DNA of 64,000 nt, taken from the IMG/VR virus record IMGVR_UViG_3300037400_003300, positions 16,273 to 80,272 of that record, one strand, 5' to 3'. A program made the position numbers and the translations under genes. Each line of letters starts with the position of its first letter. Positions within the stretch are counted from its first letter, which is position 1. Below, piece by piece: positions 18,078-27,952 of this stretch. The notes under the pieces are model-generated. The model was not told the DNA's origin and did not search any database. It saw only the letters and a list, made by a program, of their open reading frames with translations. The stretch comes from a virus. Taxonomy: Duplodnaviria; Heunggongvirae; Uroviricota; Caudoviricetes.

Positions 18078-18264
18078 GTTAGATCAGAGAATTGAAAAAG
18101 CAAGAAAGAGAGTAAAAGAAAGTAAGGCTGCATATGACAGGGCATCTAAGGAATTAAAGAATCTATTGGAAAAAAAGAAATTGATACAAGCAGATGAGAT
18201 CATGGATGCAATAGCGAAAAGCGGTAAAACATACGAAGAAGTTCTTCAATCAATTACTGCATAA
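18064..18264 (+). CDS. small coiled-coil protein
   Basis: ORF track. Confidence 0.35.
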   Translation: MKTNELDQRIEKARKRVKESKAAYDRASKELKNLLEKKKLIQADEIMDAIAKSGKTYEEVLQSITA

Positions 18265-18377
18265 TCAGCAAGATAGTGTTCAAGATATGCAATGTTTAAC
18301 TGTGTAAAATATGCTACTATTATTTCAGGTGGTAGCGGTTCCCTTGATAGTAATTGATAGGGAGGAACGGCATCGAT

Positions 18378-18494
18378 ATGGATTATATCAAGTTAGTAAC
18401 AGCTATTGTAGCAGTGATTAACTGCTTGATTAACATTATCGAGCTTGTTCTCAAATTTATAGAGAATAAGAAAAATAATAAAAACCGCTCCTGA
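18378..18494 (+). CDS. 38-aa hydrophobic peptide MDYIKLVTAIVAVINCLINIIELVLKFIENKKNNKNRS
   Basis: GGGAGG RBS; conserved in copy 2; basic C-terminus. Confidence 0.4.
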   Translation: MDYIKLVTAIVAVINCLINIIELVLKFIENKKNNKNRS

Positions 18495-18516
18495 CCTGCG
18501 AAGTCGAGCGGTTTTT
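18482..18516 (+). terminator. rho-independent terminator overlapping the peptide stop codon
   Basis: AACCGCTCCTGACCTGCGAAGTCGAGCGGTTTTT. Confidence 0.5.
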
Positions 18517-18601
18517 AAATTGACTTAACTTCAAGGGCATCGCTACCACTTGTTTAATCTATTATAACACGTAGTAATATTTTATCAACAGGAGAAAATT
18601 A

Positions 18602-18805
18602 ATGCCAAGAAGCGAAGCAAAAAGACGAGCTGATAATAAATACAATCTGGCTCATTATACGGTGCTTGGTTGCAAGATGAAGATAACAGAGGCAGAAGAG
18701 TTTAAAACGGCCTGCAAGGGCTCAGGAACAACCCCTAATGCTGTCTTTAGAAAAGCAATAGAAAACTTTATGAAGAATTATAATAGCGGGGTAAAAGATG
18801 TCTGA
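18602..18805 (+). CDS. small DNA-binding protein (RHH/excisionase-like) upstream of recombinase
   Basis: position and size; basic N-terminus. Confidence 0.35.
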   Translation: MPRSEAKRRADNKYNLAHYTVLGCKMKITEAEEFKTACKGSGTTPNAVFRKAIENFMKNYNSGVKDV

Positions 18806-19814
18806 GAATAAGAGTCAATACACTGATAAGATCAATAAGCTTTTAAATGAAATGCCTGATTTTGTTTCAGATTTTATTTATAACTTTGGCCGGGTTGAGA
18901 ACTATGCGACTAAACTTGAATATTGCCGGGACATAAAGATTTATCTTGAATTTATTGCTAATTATCTTAATGACAATTGCGAAAAGAGTATCAGGGAACT
19001 GTCAATAAAGGATGTTTCTAATATAGAGATCCTTGATATAAATAGATTTCTAACAACACTTTCAGGAAATCACAAGGAATCAACCGTAAAAAGGAAACGT
19101 GCCTCATTATCAAGTATGTACGGATTTTTTGTAGCTACAGGTAAAATGTCTCGCAATCCAATTGCAGCTACTAAGACAATAAAGGTTCCAAGTAAAGAGG
19201 TTGTTTATTTAACTAACGATGAACAACGGATATTTCTCAATACTGTAAGGCATGGAACTAAGCTTCGGGACTCAATTGCAAAGGTCCATTATATCTATGC
19301 TGATAGAGATTCGGCCATGTTTATATTACTTCTGGATACCGGCCTTCGTGTTTCCGAGATGCTTGATACGGATATTATTGATTATAATCTTGAAGAGTGC
19401 AGCGTTGTTGTTACAAGGAAAGGTGGCGATACTCAGATAGTATATTATTCCGATGAGTGCAGAGATTATCTTAAAAAATACTTTGATGCTCAAAAGGCTA
19501 AATATGGATTATCAGAAAAGAATTTAAAATTTCCCGCTTTCACTACTTCTACCGGCAATAGATTGGGAGTACGTGCGGTTGAGATCCTTGTAAAGAAATA
19601 TGTATCTGTATGCCTTCCGGACAAAACAAAGATAATATCACCACACAAATTAAGATCGAGTTTTGCTATGAGTTTCTATGCTGCAAGTGACAATGATATT
19701 CTACTTCTAAAAAAGAAAATGAACCATAAAAGCATACAGACAACAAACATATATGCAAAAGCCTCTGATACAGCCATGAAGGAATCAAGGTCATTGCTGC
19801 AGGGATTAAGATAA
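18798..19814 (+). CDS. tyrosine site-specific recombinase / integrase (XerC/D-like)
   Basis: LLLDTGLRVSE (R), HKLRSSFA (HxxR), TTNIYA (Y). Confidence 0.8.
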   Translation: MSENKSQYTDKINKLLNEMPDFVSDFIYNFGRVENYATKLEYCRDIKIYLEFIANYLNDNCEKSIRELSIKDVSNIEILDINRFLTTLSGNHKESTVKRKRASLSSMYGFFVATGKMSRNPIAATKTIKVPSKEVVYLTNDEQRIFLNTVRHGTKLRDSIAKVHYIYADRDSAMFILLLDTGLRVSEMLDTDIIDYNLEECSVVVTRKGGDTQIVYYSDECRDYLKKYFDAQKAKYGLSEKNLKFPAFTTSTGNRLGVRAVEILVKKYVSVCLPDKTKIISPHKLRSSFAMSFYAASDNDILLLKKKMNHKSIQTTNIYAKASDTAMKESRSLLQGLR

Positions 19815-19819
19815 AATAA

Positions 19820-19856
19820 AAGCTGCTTGAGTAAATCTCAAACAGCTTTTTATATT
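19820..19856. terminator. bidirectional terminator between convergent genes
   Basis: AGCTGCTTGAG-TAAAT-CTCAAACAGCT hairpin followed by a T-run. Confidence 0.45.
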
Positions 19857-20985
19857 AAACATATTGCTTCTCATGTTGATGACTTGCGATCACATTAGCA
19901 AGCCCGGCCTTATCAGAATCACTAACAAAACATCCCTGTGCACGTATTGGCTTGTTACCACCTTTTTTAATAAGCATATCGCCCCTTCCGAAAAGTTTTT
20001 CTGCACCTGTTTGATCTAAGATAATACGGGACTCCATAGAACTAGAAGTGTTAAGCGCAATTCTAAATGGGAAGTTAGCTTTAATAAGGCCCGTAACAAC
20101 GTCATGTCTAGGCGACTGAGTTCCTATGATAAGATGTATACCGCAGCCCCTTGCTTTCTGGGCAAGCCTTACAATGTATTCTTCAACCTCTCTGTTTTTC
20201 AGAATAAGATCGGCAAACTCGTCAATAATACATATTTCTCTTGATAATTCATGGCCTTTTGAATGGTATTCATCTATATCATCACAGCCATTTTTAGCAA
20301 GAAAAGCGTAGCGACTTTCCATAGAAGCACATAGCCTTGATAGAAGAGAATATGCTTCATGTTCATTACTAACAAGGTTGATATAGGTATCTTTATATTT
20401 ATTAAATTCAGTTCCCTTCATATCAATAACGTCAATGATATTACTTGTTACATCATTTGATCTTGACGTTGCATAAATGCTATGCATTAGAAGGGAAGCA
20501 AGTATAGAGTGGATAGTCTCAGATTTACCGCTTCCGGTTGTACCCGCTATTAGAATATGCGGGGCCTTGGCAATGTCTGTATAAACAGCTTTTCCATTAA
20601 GATCCTGGCCAAGTACAACGGAAGTCATACTTGTACTATCATGGAATTTATCTGTATATAGGCTGCCAAAAGGAATAACATTAAACGTCCCTTGTCTCTC
20701 AATAACAATTGTATCAGCAGTCTGATAGTAGGATATATTATCTGATCTAAGGGCGGCTGCAAGCGTAGATTCAATAGCTTTCTTGGCCCTGAGTATCTTT
20801 CCATTTAGTGTAACATCCAAAGGAAGGTTGATAATATACCTAACTACCTGTGCGCTTTCTTTAACGTCATTAACTCTAAGGCCATACTGTTCAAATATCC
20901 TGTTAATGTTTGAAATATCCTGTGATTTTAATGGATAGCTATTATTTGAACATACTGTATTTAGATTTAGATTTCTGAATGCCAT
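19855..20985 (-). CDS. FtsK/SpoIIIE-family DNA translocase ATPase
   Basis: Walker A GTTGSGKSE, Walker B ICIIDEFADL. Confidence 0.75.
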   Translation of the reverse strand: MAFRNLNLNTVCSNNSYPLKSQDISNINRIFEQYGLRVNDVKESAQVVRYIINLPLDVTLNGKILRAKKAIESTLAAALRSDNISYYQTADTIVIERQGTFNVIPFGSLYTDKFHDSTSMTSVVLGQDLNGKAVYTDIAKAPHILIAGTTGSGKSETIHSILASLLMHSIYATSRSNDVTSNIIDVIDMKGTEFNKYKDTYINLVSNEHEAYSLLSRLCASMESRYAFLAKNGCDDIDEYHSKGHELSREICIIDEFADLILKNREVEEYIVRLAQKARGCGIHLIIGTQSPRHDVVTGLIKANFPFRIALNTSSSMESRIILDQTGAEKLFGRGDMLIKKGGNKPIRAQGCFVSDSDKAGLANVIASHQHEKQYV

Positions 20986-21003
20986 GTTTTAACCTTCTCT
21001 CAA

Positions 21004-21342
21004 TTACTTTATGTATATTGCAACGGTATGATTTTCTTCATTCTCATTAAAATCATCAACGATACAATCATAGTGATCTTGATTTAATTCGTATCTTGTC
21101 TCATTCTTATAGATATACACTCTTTTCTTAAGTTCATCATATGAATATGCTTCGAAATAATTGAATTCGAGATAATGTACAAGTACAGTCCTGACATCAA
21201 TAGTACCAAAACGAAAAGTCATATTATCACCGTCTCCATAGTATACATCAAAGTTGGGAAGATGATCTTTTAATGTTTTGATAATAACATCCCAAGACTT
21301 ATCGTTACAGTTTTCAGCTTCAAAATTTACTTCATTTATCAT
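21004..21342 (-). CDS. hypothetical protein
   Basis: ORF track; conserved AGAGGTTTAAAAAT-ATG start context. Confidence 0.4.
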   Translation of the reverse strand: MINEVNFEAENCNDKSWDVIIKTLKDHLPNFDVYYGDGDNMTFRFGTIDVRTVLVHYLEFNYFEAYSYDELKKRVYIYKNETRYELNQDHYDCIVDDFNENEENHTVAIYIK

Positions 21343-21372
21343 ATTTTTAAACCTCTCTTTTTCTATAAAAAT

Positions 21373-21663
21373 TTATTCGCTATCATTTGATTCGATAATT
21401 TCTGCATCAAGTCCGTAATATTGGGACTTTTCATGGAGTTCTTTTTCGGCTTCTGCTTTTGTTTCAAAACCTTCGCTATAGATATATCTAGCTTTATTGA
21501 ACACATAATATTTTTTCATTTTTGTATCGTCAACAATATTCCAGCCTTCTTTTTCTATTTCTTCATTCGTGAAATATGCATGGAGTTGTTGTTCTGCTTC
21601 CTGAATGTTTTTCGCATAGGAAAATTCCATGTATTCACTATTATCATTTATTGCATAGAACAT
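21373..21663 (-). CDS. hypothetical protein
   Basis: ORF track. Confidence 0.4.
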   Translation of the reverse strand: MFYAINDNSEYMEFSYAKNIQEAEQQLHAYFTNEEIEKEGWNIVDDTKMKKYYVFNKARYIYSEGFETKAEAEKELHEKSQYYGLDAEIIESNDSE

Positions 21664-21672
21664 ATTTTAACC

Positions 21673-22005
21673 TCATATTTTTACTGAAATAGCATTATTA
21701 AGATTATTAGCAATTTCCATTAGAGTATCTTTTGCCTCTTGGCAGTCATCAAGTAATTCCCTGATCGAACTAGGGACACCGTTTTCGCCTCGCATATTGA
21801 CATAAATTTCAACCTCAGCATCAACATCATAATTCTCTGCGTATGCAGTAAACTTATCAACAAGGTTTTCAACAGTCCCGTCATAATCAATTTCAACCGG
21901 AATATCCTGGCCGGCTGTATCGGTCCAAAATTCAATAAGTGCAGAATCCTTTTTTATTTCATAAGATATTCCCATATTATCTAAAACTTCTTCAATTCTT
22001 TTCAT
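21673..22005 (-). CDS. hypothetical acidic protein
   Basis: ORF track. Confidence 0.4.
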   Translation of the reverse strand: MKRIEEVLDNMGISYEIKKDSALIEFWTDTAGQDIPVEIDYDGTVENLVDKFTAYAENYDVDAEVEIYVNMRGENGVPSSIRELLDDCQEAKDTLMEIANNLNNAISVKI

Positions 22006-22039
22006 ATTATTTACCCTTGTTTTTAACCTCTCTCTTTAT

Positions 22040-22336
22040 TTAACAACCTATAACTTGTCTTACAACATTCTTAAGCATAACCTCATACTTGTGCCAGTCA
22101 TCATCTGTGGGTTGAATAGTGGAATACTTCACAAAATCCATTCCAAAAATACCTAATGCGTTCTGATCTAACCAATGCCATAGACTGTTTCTATTAGCAT
22201 TGGTAAGTTTTATTCGCAGATCGGTTGTAAAACCATTACAAAATCTAATTGCTTTTATTGCCTCATTATCAAGTGTAATTTTAAAATTATCCTTATCAAC
22301 ACTAGCTTTCATTAGTAACCTCATTTCTTTATACAA
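22040..22336 (-). CDS. hypothetical protein
   Basis: ORF track. Confidence 0.4.
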   Translation of the reverse strand: MYKEMRLLMKASVDKDNFKITLDNEAIKAIRFCNGFTTDLRIKLTNANRNSLWHWLDQNALGIFGMDFVKYSTIQPTDDDWHKYEVMLKNVVRQVIGC

Positions 22337-22566
22337 TCTCTATTTGCTGCCACTTCATCTGGATAAAAGATTTCTACAATGGTGGTGTACGACTCATTAA
22401 GCAAGTTAGCAAGCTTGAAAATAAAAGCTATTTCTATTTTCTGGCGTATGCCATTAACTCTTTTATTCATGTTAGGATAATCGATTTTACTTTGAAGGCA
22501 AAAATCGCGTAGTGAAGTGTAACCTTTTTTCTTTAATAAAGCATTGAACATTTCTTTTGTTGACAT
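22321..22566 (-). CDS. XRE/Cro-like HTH regulator
   Basis: KGYTSLRDFCLQSKIDYPNMNKRVNG...IEIAFIFKLANLLNES. Confidence 0.5.
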   Translation of the reverse strand: MSTKEMFNALLKKKGYTSLRDFCLQSKIDYPNMNKRVNGIRQKIEIAFIFKLANLLNESYTTIVEIFYPDEVAANRDCIKK

Positions 22567-22614
22567 TGTTTTACCTCGCTATGTTATTTTGTACCATTGT
22601 ATCACCTATCAGAA

Positions 22615-22833
22615 TTAATTTCTACATTCATTTGATCGAATTAAATCAATTAATTCAGTTGCTTTTTTATATTCTGCGGACTCAATATCCCAGTTCCAGT
22701 CTTTTCGCATTTCTATAAGATTATAGAGAATATCTGAAATAGACATATCACTATGAATACTATCACGGTCCGCAGTCTCAAAAGGATCTACAAAGTCCAA
22801 AAACTCAATATACTTTGTATAAATACTTGCCAT
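22615..22833 (-). CDS. hypothetical protein
   Basis: ORF track. Confidence 0.35.
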   Translation of the reverse strand: MASIYTKYIEFLDFVDPFETADRDSIHSDMSISDILYNLIEMRKDWNWDIESAEYKKATELIDLIRSNECRN

Positions 22834-22837
22834 ATCT

Positions 22838-23296
22838 TTAACCCCATTCCGCTTCTTTCATTTCCGGCATACGCCACACAATGTTATTTGTTATAGCTAT
22901 TTCAAGTTCCTTTAATGCCTTAAATAAATCAGTCTTAATAGTAGAATCCTCGCTAACCTGATAAATATAGCAAGAGAGTGTCTTTAAAAGCTGATATTCC
23001 CAAGGCTGCGGCGCTTTTTCAGTATCAATCGGATGATATAATGTCTTATAATCTTTTGGCATTTCAACATCAATATCACAGTCGGCCTCATAACGGTTAT
23101 TAAATGCAGCCACATTAAATGCATAAAGCTTTTTGAATATTTCCTTTGTAGGTGTAGAATGGTAGCCAAGGTTAAGGGCCTCATTTAACAATCTTGGAAT
23201 AGAATATCCAAAATAATCATAACCAAAATCATTTAATGTCTTGATATAGTCCGCAAGGCCGGCGATCACTTCTTCTTTCATAATAAAACAACTCAT
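22838..23296 (-). CDS. hypothetical protein
   Basis: ORF track. Confidence 0.45.
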   Translation of the reverse strand: MSCFIMKEEVIAGLADYIKTLNDFGYDYFGYSIPRLLNEALNLGYHSTPTKEIFKKLYAFNVAAFNNRYEADCDIDVEMPKDYKTLYHPIDTEKAPQPWEYQLLKTLSCYIYQVSEDSTIKTDLFKALKELEIAITNNIVWRMPEMKEAEWG

Positions 23297-23347
23297 TTTT
23301 AACCTCTTTTCTTATGTTTCCAGGGGCCTTGCCCCCGGAAAATATAT

Positions 23348-24280
23348 TTATTTTACGATTTCTTTTATTTCTGCATAGGAAACTTGGCCTTGTATTGGCG
23401 TTCCGTCTGCATATACCATATGCTTTTCCAAAAATTCAAATGTTATATTTTTGCTGCCGCCTCTCAAATAGCGTACATTGCCCCACTTTTCAACATTGAC
23501 GATCATTCCTTTTTTCAATGATTTACGATCAATTATTCCGCCTTGCTGCTGGATAAGCGCGTCATAATATGCGGCCTTCTCAATGTTTGTTTCAATTATT
23601 TCCATAGCATTGTCAATATACTTGTTATATTTGTCGCTATCGTCGGGATACTTTTCGATCATTTCTTTATAGTATTCAACATTGCGATTTTGTGCGCGAA
23701 TAGTCTTTTCCGCATCGTCAATACGACGTTGACAAAATCCCTTGGAAGGAATCTCTTTTGCCTGCCTTGCAATTTCCGCACGCTGCAAATAATATTCAGA
23801 CTTGCGAAATTCCTCAAAACCTTTTTCATAGCTTGCCCACATTCTATTGCGTTTATTAGTAAAGGCCCGGCCAGCAGATGTATTAATGTTCGGTTGCGTA
23901 AAAAATGCTATATCACCATGCATACTATTTATCGGCGCTTGCAATTGTTCGGCGCGTTGTTCGGCTTTTTCTGCCTTGTATTTGTAGCGATCGGCCCGGC
24001 GTTCTGCCTTCTCAATGCGCCTGTTTTCTTGGTCCTCAAATGACAATCTTTCGCCGATGGTTCCTTTATTCTCTAAACCTAAATTCAATGCGATTTCGCG
24101 CGGTCTATAAAGATGTGGGAACTTGCAACGACTAATCCATGCAGCAGATCGACGACTAAAAAGGAAATTACTTTTAATTGCTGATTTGTCGTCATTAGAT
24201 AATGACATATATTTTTCCTTGTCGAAATGCAATTCAATTTTTCCAGTTTCCTTGTTTTCAATAAAATAATTTTCAGACAT
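23348..24280 (-). CDS. hypothetical coiled-coil protein (start of CpG-rich island)
   Basis: ORF track; KAEKAEQRAEQLQ coiled coil. Confidence 0.45.
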   Translation of the reverse strand: MSENYFIENKETGKIELHFDKEKYMSLSNDDKSAIKSNFLFSRRSAAWISRCKFPHLYRPREIALNLGLENKGTIGERLSFEDQENRRIEKAERRADRYKYKAEKAEQRAEQLQAPINSMHGDIAFFTQPNINTSAGRAFTNKRNRMWASYEKGFEEFRKSEYYLQRAEIARQAKEIPSKGFCQRRIDDAEKTIRAQNRNVEYYKEMIEKYPDDSDKYNKYIDNAMEIIETNIEKAAYYDALIQQQGGIIDRKSLKKGMIVNVEKWGNVRYLRGGSKNITFEFLEKHMVYADGTPIQGQVSYAEIKEIVK

Positions 24281-24295
24281 AATAAACCTCTTTTC

Positions 24296-24505
24296 TCATA
24301 GATATGAATAAATAAAATTATCAATAGCAACAGAGTCTTTTTTATTTAAAAGATCCTGTAATATATTTGCTTCTTTTGCGGTTATAAGTCTTTTCACACG
24401 TTTAAAGCCATTGGCATATACGTTATTAAATCTATTATATTCCGCATATATTCCAGTCTTTTCTTTTATCAATTTAAGATTTCGATCAATAACTTTTCCT
24501 GGCAT
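24296..24505 (-). CDS. hypothetical protein
   Basis: ORF track. Confidence 0.35.
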   Translation of the reverse strand: MPGKVIDRNLKLIKEKTGIYAEYNRFNNVYANGFKRVKRLITAKEANILQDLLNKKDSVAIDNFIYSYL

Positions 24506-24511
24506 ACGTTT

Positions 24512-24874
24512 TCACCCCTCTATATATTCTTTTCGATAGCTATTCCATGTATCCAATAGCCATTTAATATCACTACCAAAAGTACATTCATTGTCTATTA
24601 CGTCACCCGCGGCGTCAATAGGGCAATTCCAGTCCATATCATAGTCGCACTGCATTATAGAATTGCGCGGCTGCATTGCGATCTTACCAAACAATGTATA
24701 ATCGCCGGTATTTTCATAGTCCATGTAAGCAAAACAAACTGCATACAGATTGTCATTATCCCTAAATAGCGGGCAAAACCACGTACCGGAATAGTCTTTT
24801 GTCGTCAATGCTTCTTTTGCGACGTTCATAACATTATCAATCATTGCTTTTTCTTTTAATTCTCTATAAATCAT
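24512..24874 (-). CDS. hypothetical protein
   Basis: ORF track. Confidence 0.4.
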   Translation of the reverse strand: MIYRELKEKAMIDNVMNVAKEALTTKDYSGTWFCPLFRDNDNLYAVCFAYMDYENTGDYTLFGKIAMQPRNSIMQCDYDMDWNCPIDAAGDVIDNECTFGSDIKWLLDTWNSYRKEYIEG

Positions 24875-24890
24875 TTTTCAAAACCTCTTT

Positions 24891-25631
24891 TCATGCCGGT
24901 ACTTTGTCAATACCATTTACTTTTAATAGGTTGATAAAGTCCGGAAATGTTTTATTTTCCAGTATTTTTTCAACCCGTGTTTTTAGTTCGAGATCGACAA
25001 TTTCAATAGCCTCTTTAAAACTTCCATTAAAAGAAGCACAAGGCAGGCCGCAACATGGTACAATAATATGCTTTAATCCTTTTATTTTGGCGTCGGCCGA
25101 TACAATCCAGGTTAATCCGAACTTATTAAAGGCTTTAGCGTTATAATCAATAGCAAGTTGATCGCGTTTAATCATTTTATATGCAATTGCTTTTTCAAGT
25201 TTTATTTGTGTTTCAATATCCAGACGACTGACATTAAAGTTATCAATTAAAATATCATTCAATTTATTTAGACGTGTAAACGCGTCAGAAACACCGGATA
25301 AAACCTTTTTATCGTATGAATAAACCTTTTTTGTATGATTAAGATCGTCTACCATAGCAACAAATATAGAATGCAATTTTTCCGCTTTTTCTTTTCCATT
25401 AAGATCGTCAATTAGCATAGATACGACTTTTTTATAATCAATTAGCGAAAATTTACATATCAAGTTATAAAGTTTTATTTTGAAATATCCTTTTCCGGAC
25501 TTGTATTCTATTTCAATATATTTATCATTTGCATTTTCCAGGCAATCAATTAATAATTCGTTGTTTGCGTAGGTGTATGCAATTTCTAATTGTGTTCTAC
25601 TCATGTTTAATACCTTCTTTCCAGTGCTCAA
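24891..25631 (-). CDS. hypothetical protein
   Basis: ORF track. Confidence 0.45.
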   Translation of the reverse strand: MSTGKKVLNMSRTQLEIAYTYANNELLIDCLENANDKYIEIEYKSGKGYFKIKLYNLICKFSLIDYKKVVSMLIDDLNGKEKAEKLHSIFVAMVDDLNHTKKVYSYDKKVLSGVSDAFTRLNKLNDILIDNFNVSRLDIETQIKLEKAIAYKMIKRDQLAIDYNAKAFNKFGLTWIVSADAKIKGLKHIIVPCCGLPCASFNGSFKEAIEIVDLELKTRVEKILENKTFPDFINLLKVNGIDKVPA

Positions 25632-25885
25632 AAATCATAAATAAATGAATACATGACTTCCATATCTGAAATACACGGTGTTTTATTCATTTCATTTATA
25701 AAATTTATGTGTTCTGAAAAATCATTATCTGAAAGTTTGCAAGCTTCTTTTGCTTGTAAAACAATCAAGTCATTTAAACTTTTTCCATGTTTTTGTAATG
25801 CGAGATTATTTAATTCTTTTTTCAGATCGTCGTTTACGTCAAAAAATTTAATGTATGCATTTAATAAAGAATTGTATTTATCCAT
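25628..25885 (-). CDS. hypothetical protein
   Basis: ORF track. Confidence 0.35.
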   Translation of the reverse strand: MDKYNSLLNAYIKFFDVNDDLKKELNNLALQKHGKSLNDLIVLQAKEACKLSDNDFSEHINFINEMNKTPCISDMEVMYSFIYDF

Positions 25886-25904
25886 TTTTTCACTAAACCT
25901 TTTT

Positions 25905-26378
25905 TTATATTGAAATTTTTAGTAATGAATCATTGTATTGATCGCCGTATTTATCAATTATCTTTTTCAGCTTGTAATTAAGCATTTTATGCATAGAATC
26001 ATAAATACCTTTTACATGATATTCATGTATTAAATTTTCACATTCTGTTATAGATTGATCGCGGTAAAAATAATAATTTTCCGCAGCGGCTTTATTTTCT
26101 GACGTTCTAATTGCCAAATAGTAGTTGTATTTATTAGTTACGTAATTAAAGCGGATATTAGAACGGTGAAAAATATCAAGGTTATAACGCTTTACATATT
26201 TTTGTATTTTGTCAATTTCTGCGCGCAGCGGATTAATATCTGTATTTTCCAGCATTATTTCTGCGGCTGTATATGTATAGCCGGGCGCGTTGTAAAAATA
26301 GTGTTCGTCGCCATATATATTCAATTTGTATGTATAGTTATTCTTTTTTAGATAATTGCACAATGTTTCAATAGTCAT
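25905..26378 (-). CDS. hypothetical protein
   Basis: ORF track. Confidence 0.4.
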   Translation of the reverse strand: MTIETLCNYLKKNNYTYKLNIYGDEHYFYNAPGYTYTAAEIMLENTDINPLRAEIDKIQKYVKRYNLDIFHRSNIRFNYVTNKYNYYLAIRTSENKAAAENYYFYRDQSITECENLIHEYHVKGIYDSMHKMLNYKLKKIIDKYGDQYNDSLLKISI

Positions 26379-26393
26379 GTTTTTAACCTCTTT

Positions 26394-26810
26394 TTAAAAA
26401 TTCAATAGATAATATTCTTTTATTAGCTCGATTTTTTCCGGCGTCTTTTTCCCGGCTAAACTATTAATCAATTCAATTTGTTTTTGATATGATGTATAAT
26501 TAAATATTTCATCCAAAATACGCGAGTAGTTATGATTAAAATCATATCGATCAATAGTTAATGCAATATTCAATCTATCAATTGTTTTTTGTTTGTGATT
26601 CCTGGCGATATTTTCAATTTTTATCATTGCATCGGCTGGAATATATCCGGGCCGGACAAATAATTTTATATTTCCGGCCGGTGATATATGCGCAACTTTT
26701 TTATAGTCGCCGTGATCATACACGGCGCTATTACATACCGTTGCGCCGTTTCCGAAATAACCAACGAATAGTTCAAATTTTTCCATGTTTAAAACCTCTT
26801 TAAATCGCAT
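26394..26810 (-). CDS. hypothetical protein
   Basis: ORF track. Confidence 0.4.
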   Translation of the reverse strand: MRFKEVLNMEKFELFVGYFGNGATVCNSAVYDHGDYKKVAHISPAGNIKLFVRPGYIPADAMIKIENIARNHKQKTIDRLNIALTIDRYDFNHNYSRILDEIFNYTSYQKQIELINSLAGKKTPEKIELIKEYYLLNF

Positions 26811-27735
26811 TTAATCGCGTGTAAATGTCGTTATACTCATTCATAAAGTTATCAATAGACTTGTATTCTTTATTTTTATCGCTATTTTCCAGACGTTCAA
26901 AACTTCTAAAAATGCCTTCTATACCGTGAAAATAATCAAGTTTTTTATTTACACTAGCAATATCCGCCGCCGTTGTTGCTTCCACTAACATATTAATGAC
27001 ATTGTTCTTTTTATCCAGAATTGCAGCTTTTAAAGCTTTTATTTTGTCGGTATTATCAATACATATATATGCATTTTTTGCTTTTTCTGCGCGTAAAATT
27101 GCAGCCCTGCGGCGTAAAGTCTCGCGACGATACATAAGTAAATAGCCGGATTTATCTATTAAAGAATTAATATCCATAGTATTGTATCTATATGTATCAA
27201 GTTGATAGGTTAATCCGTCATTGTCGGTTGTCTGCATGTTTAATGAATAAATGCATTTTTCTGTGCTATTATAAGGTGTGTTAACTTGTGCTTTTAAAAG
27301 CTTTAAACGCTGCATAGAATCTATATTTTTACGCGCTGGAATGCTTAAAAAGTCCCTATTTTGACATATTACAATAGTGTGTGTGGCGTTTTTACGGACC
27401 GATTCAAAATCCGACTTTGTATAAAATGTATCAAGTGATACAAATTTATTGTTATTGTATCCAGTTGAATTAATGTCTTTTTCCATATTTCCACTAGGAT
27501 CAAGGACCGCAACGCGATAATTTGTACAATACGCCGTGTTGGACCGGGTAAGCATTACAAAAATATCTTTTTTAGGTGTATAGCCGGCAGCGGCTTTTAT
27601 AATCTGATTTATTGTAAATTTTCCCGCTATGTCAAAAATATAATAGGGCTTTATAAAATCCAGGCCTATGCAGGCATGCAAACTTTGCAAAATTCTTTTA
27701 TTTTCTTTTAATAAGCTATGTAATAATGTATTCAT
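26800..27735 (-). CDS. hypothetical protein
   Basis: ORF track. Confidence 0.45.
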   Translation of the reverse strand: MNTLLHSLLKENKRILQSLHACIGLDFIKPYYIFDIAGKFTINQIIKAAAGYTPKKDIFVMLTRSNTAYCTNYRVAVLDPSGNMEKDINSTGYNNNKFVSLDTFYTKSDFESVRKNATHTIVICQNRDFLSIPARKNIDSMQRLKLLKAQVNTPYNSTEKCIYSLNMQTTDNDGLTYQLDTYRYNTMDINSLIDKSGYLLMYRRETLRRRAAILRAEKAKNAYICIDNTDKIKALKAAILDKKNNVINMLVEATTAADIASVNKKLDYFHGIEGIFRSFERLENSDKNKEYKSIDNFMNEYNDIYTRLNAI

Positions 27736-27739
27736 ATGT

Positions 27740-27949
27740 TTAAATCCCTTCTTTTTTTAATATTTTGGTTGTACGATCTTTTAAAATTTGATTGTATTTA
27801 TTTATTGCGTTACCGCGTCTAAAATACCACGGGCTTATTTGTTGCGAAAATCCGCAACCGGTCCGGACCATAACGCAAAATTGATTAATTTGTTGATTGT
27901 CTTTTATAACGAAATATGGAAAAGACTCTTTTATAATTTCTATGCGCAT
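27740..27949 (-). CDS. hypothetical protein
   Basis: ORF track. Confidence 0.3.
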   Translation of the reverse strand: MRIEIIKESFPYFVIKDNQQINQFCVMVRTGCGFSQQISPWYFRRGNAINKYNQILKDRTTKILKKEGI

Positions 27950-27952
27950 TTT

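Larger units (their letters stand above)
18328..18550 (+). mobile_element. MITE-like cassette copy 1 (~16-bp TIRs GGTGGTAGCGGTTCCC / GGGCATCGCTACCAC)
   Basis: terminal inverted repeats; homologous inverted copy at 35653-35872. Confidence 0.5.

Noticed and set aside
23543-24135. + strand ORFs of 166 and 76 aa
   Set aside because: Antisense within the 310-aa minus gene 23348-24280, hydrophobic and low-complexity translation typical of shadow ORFs.
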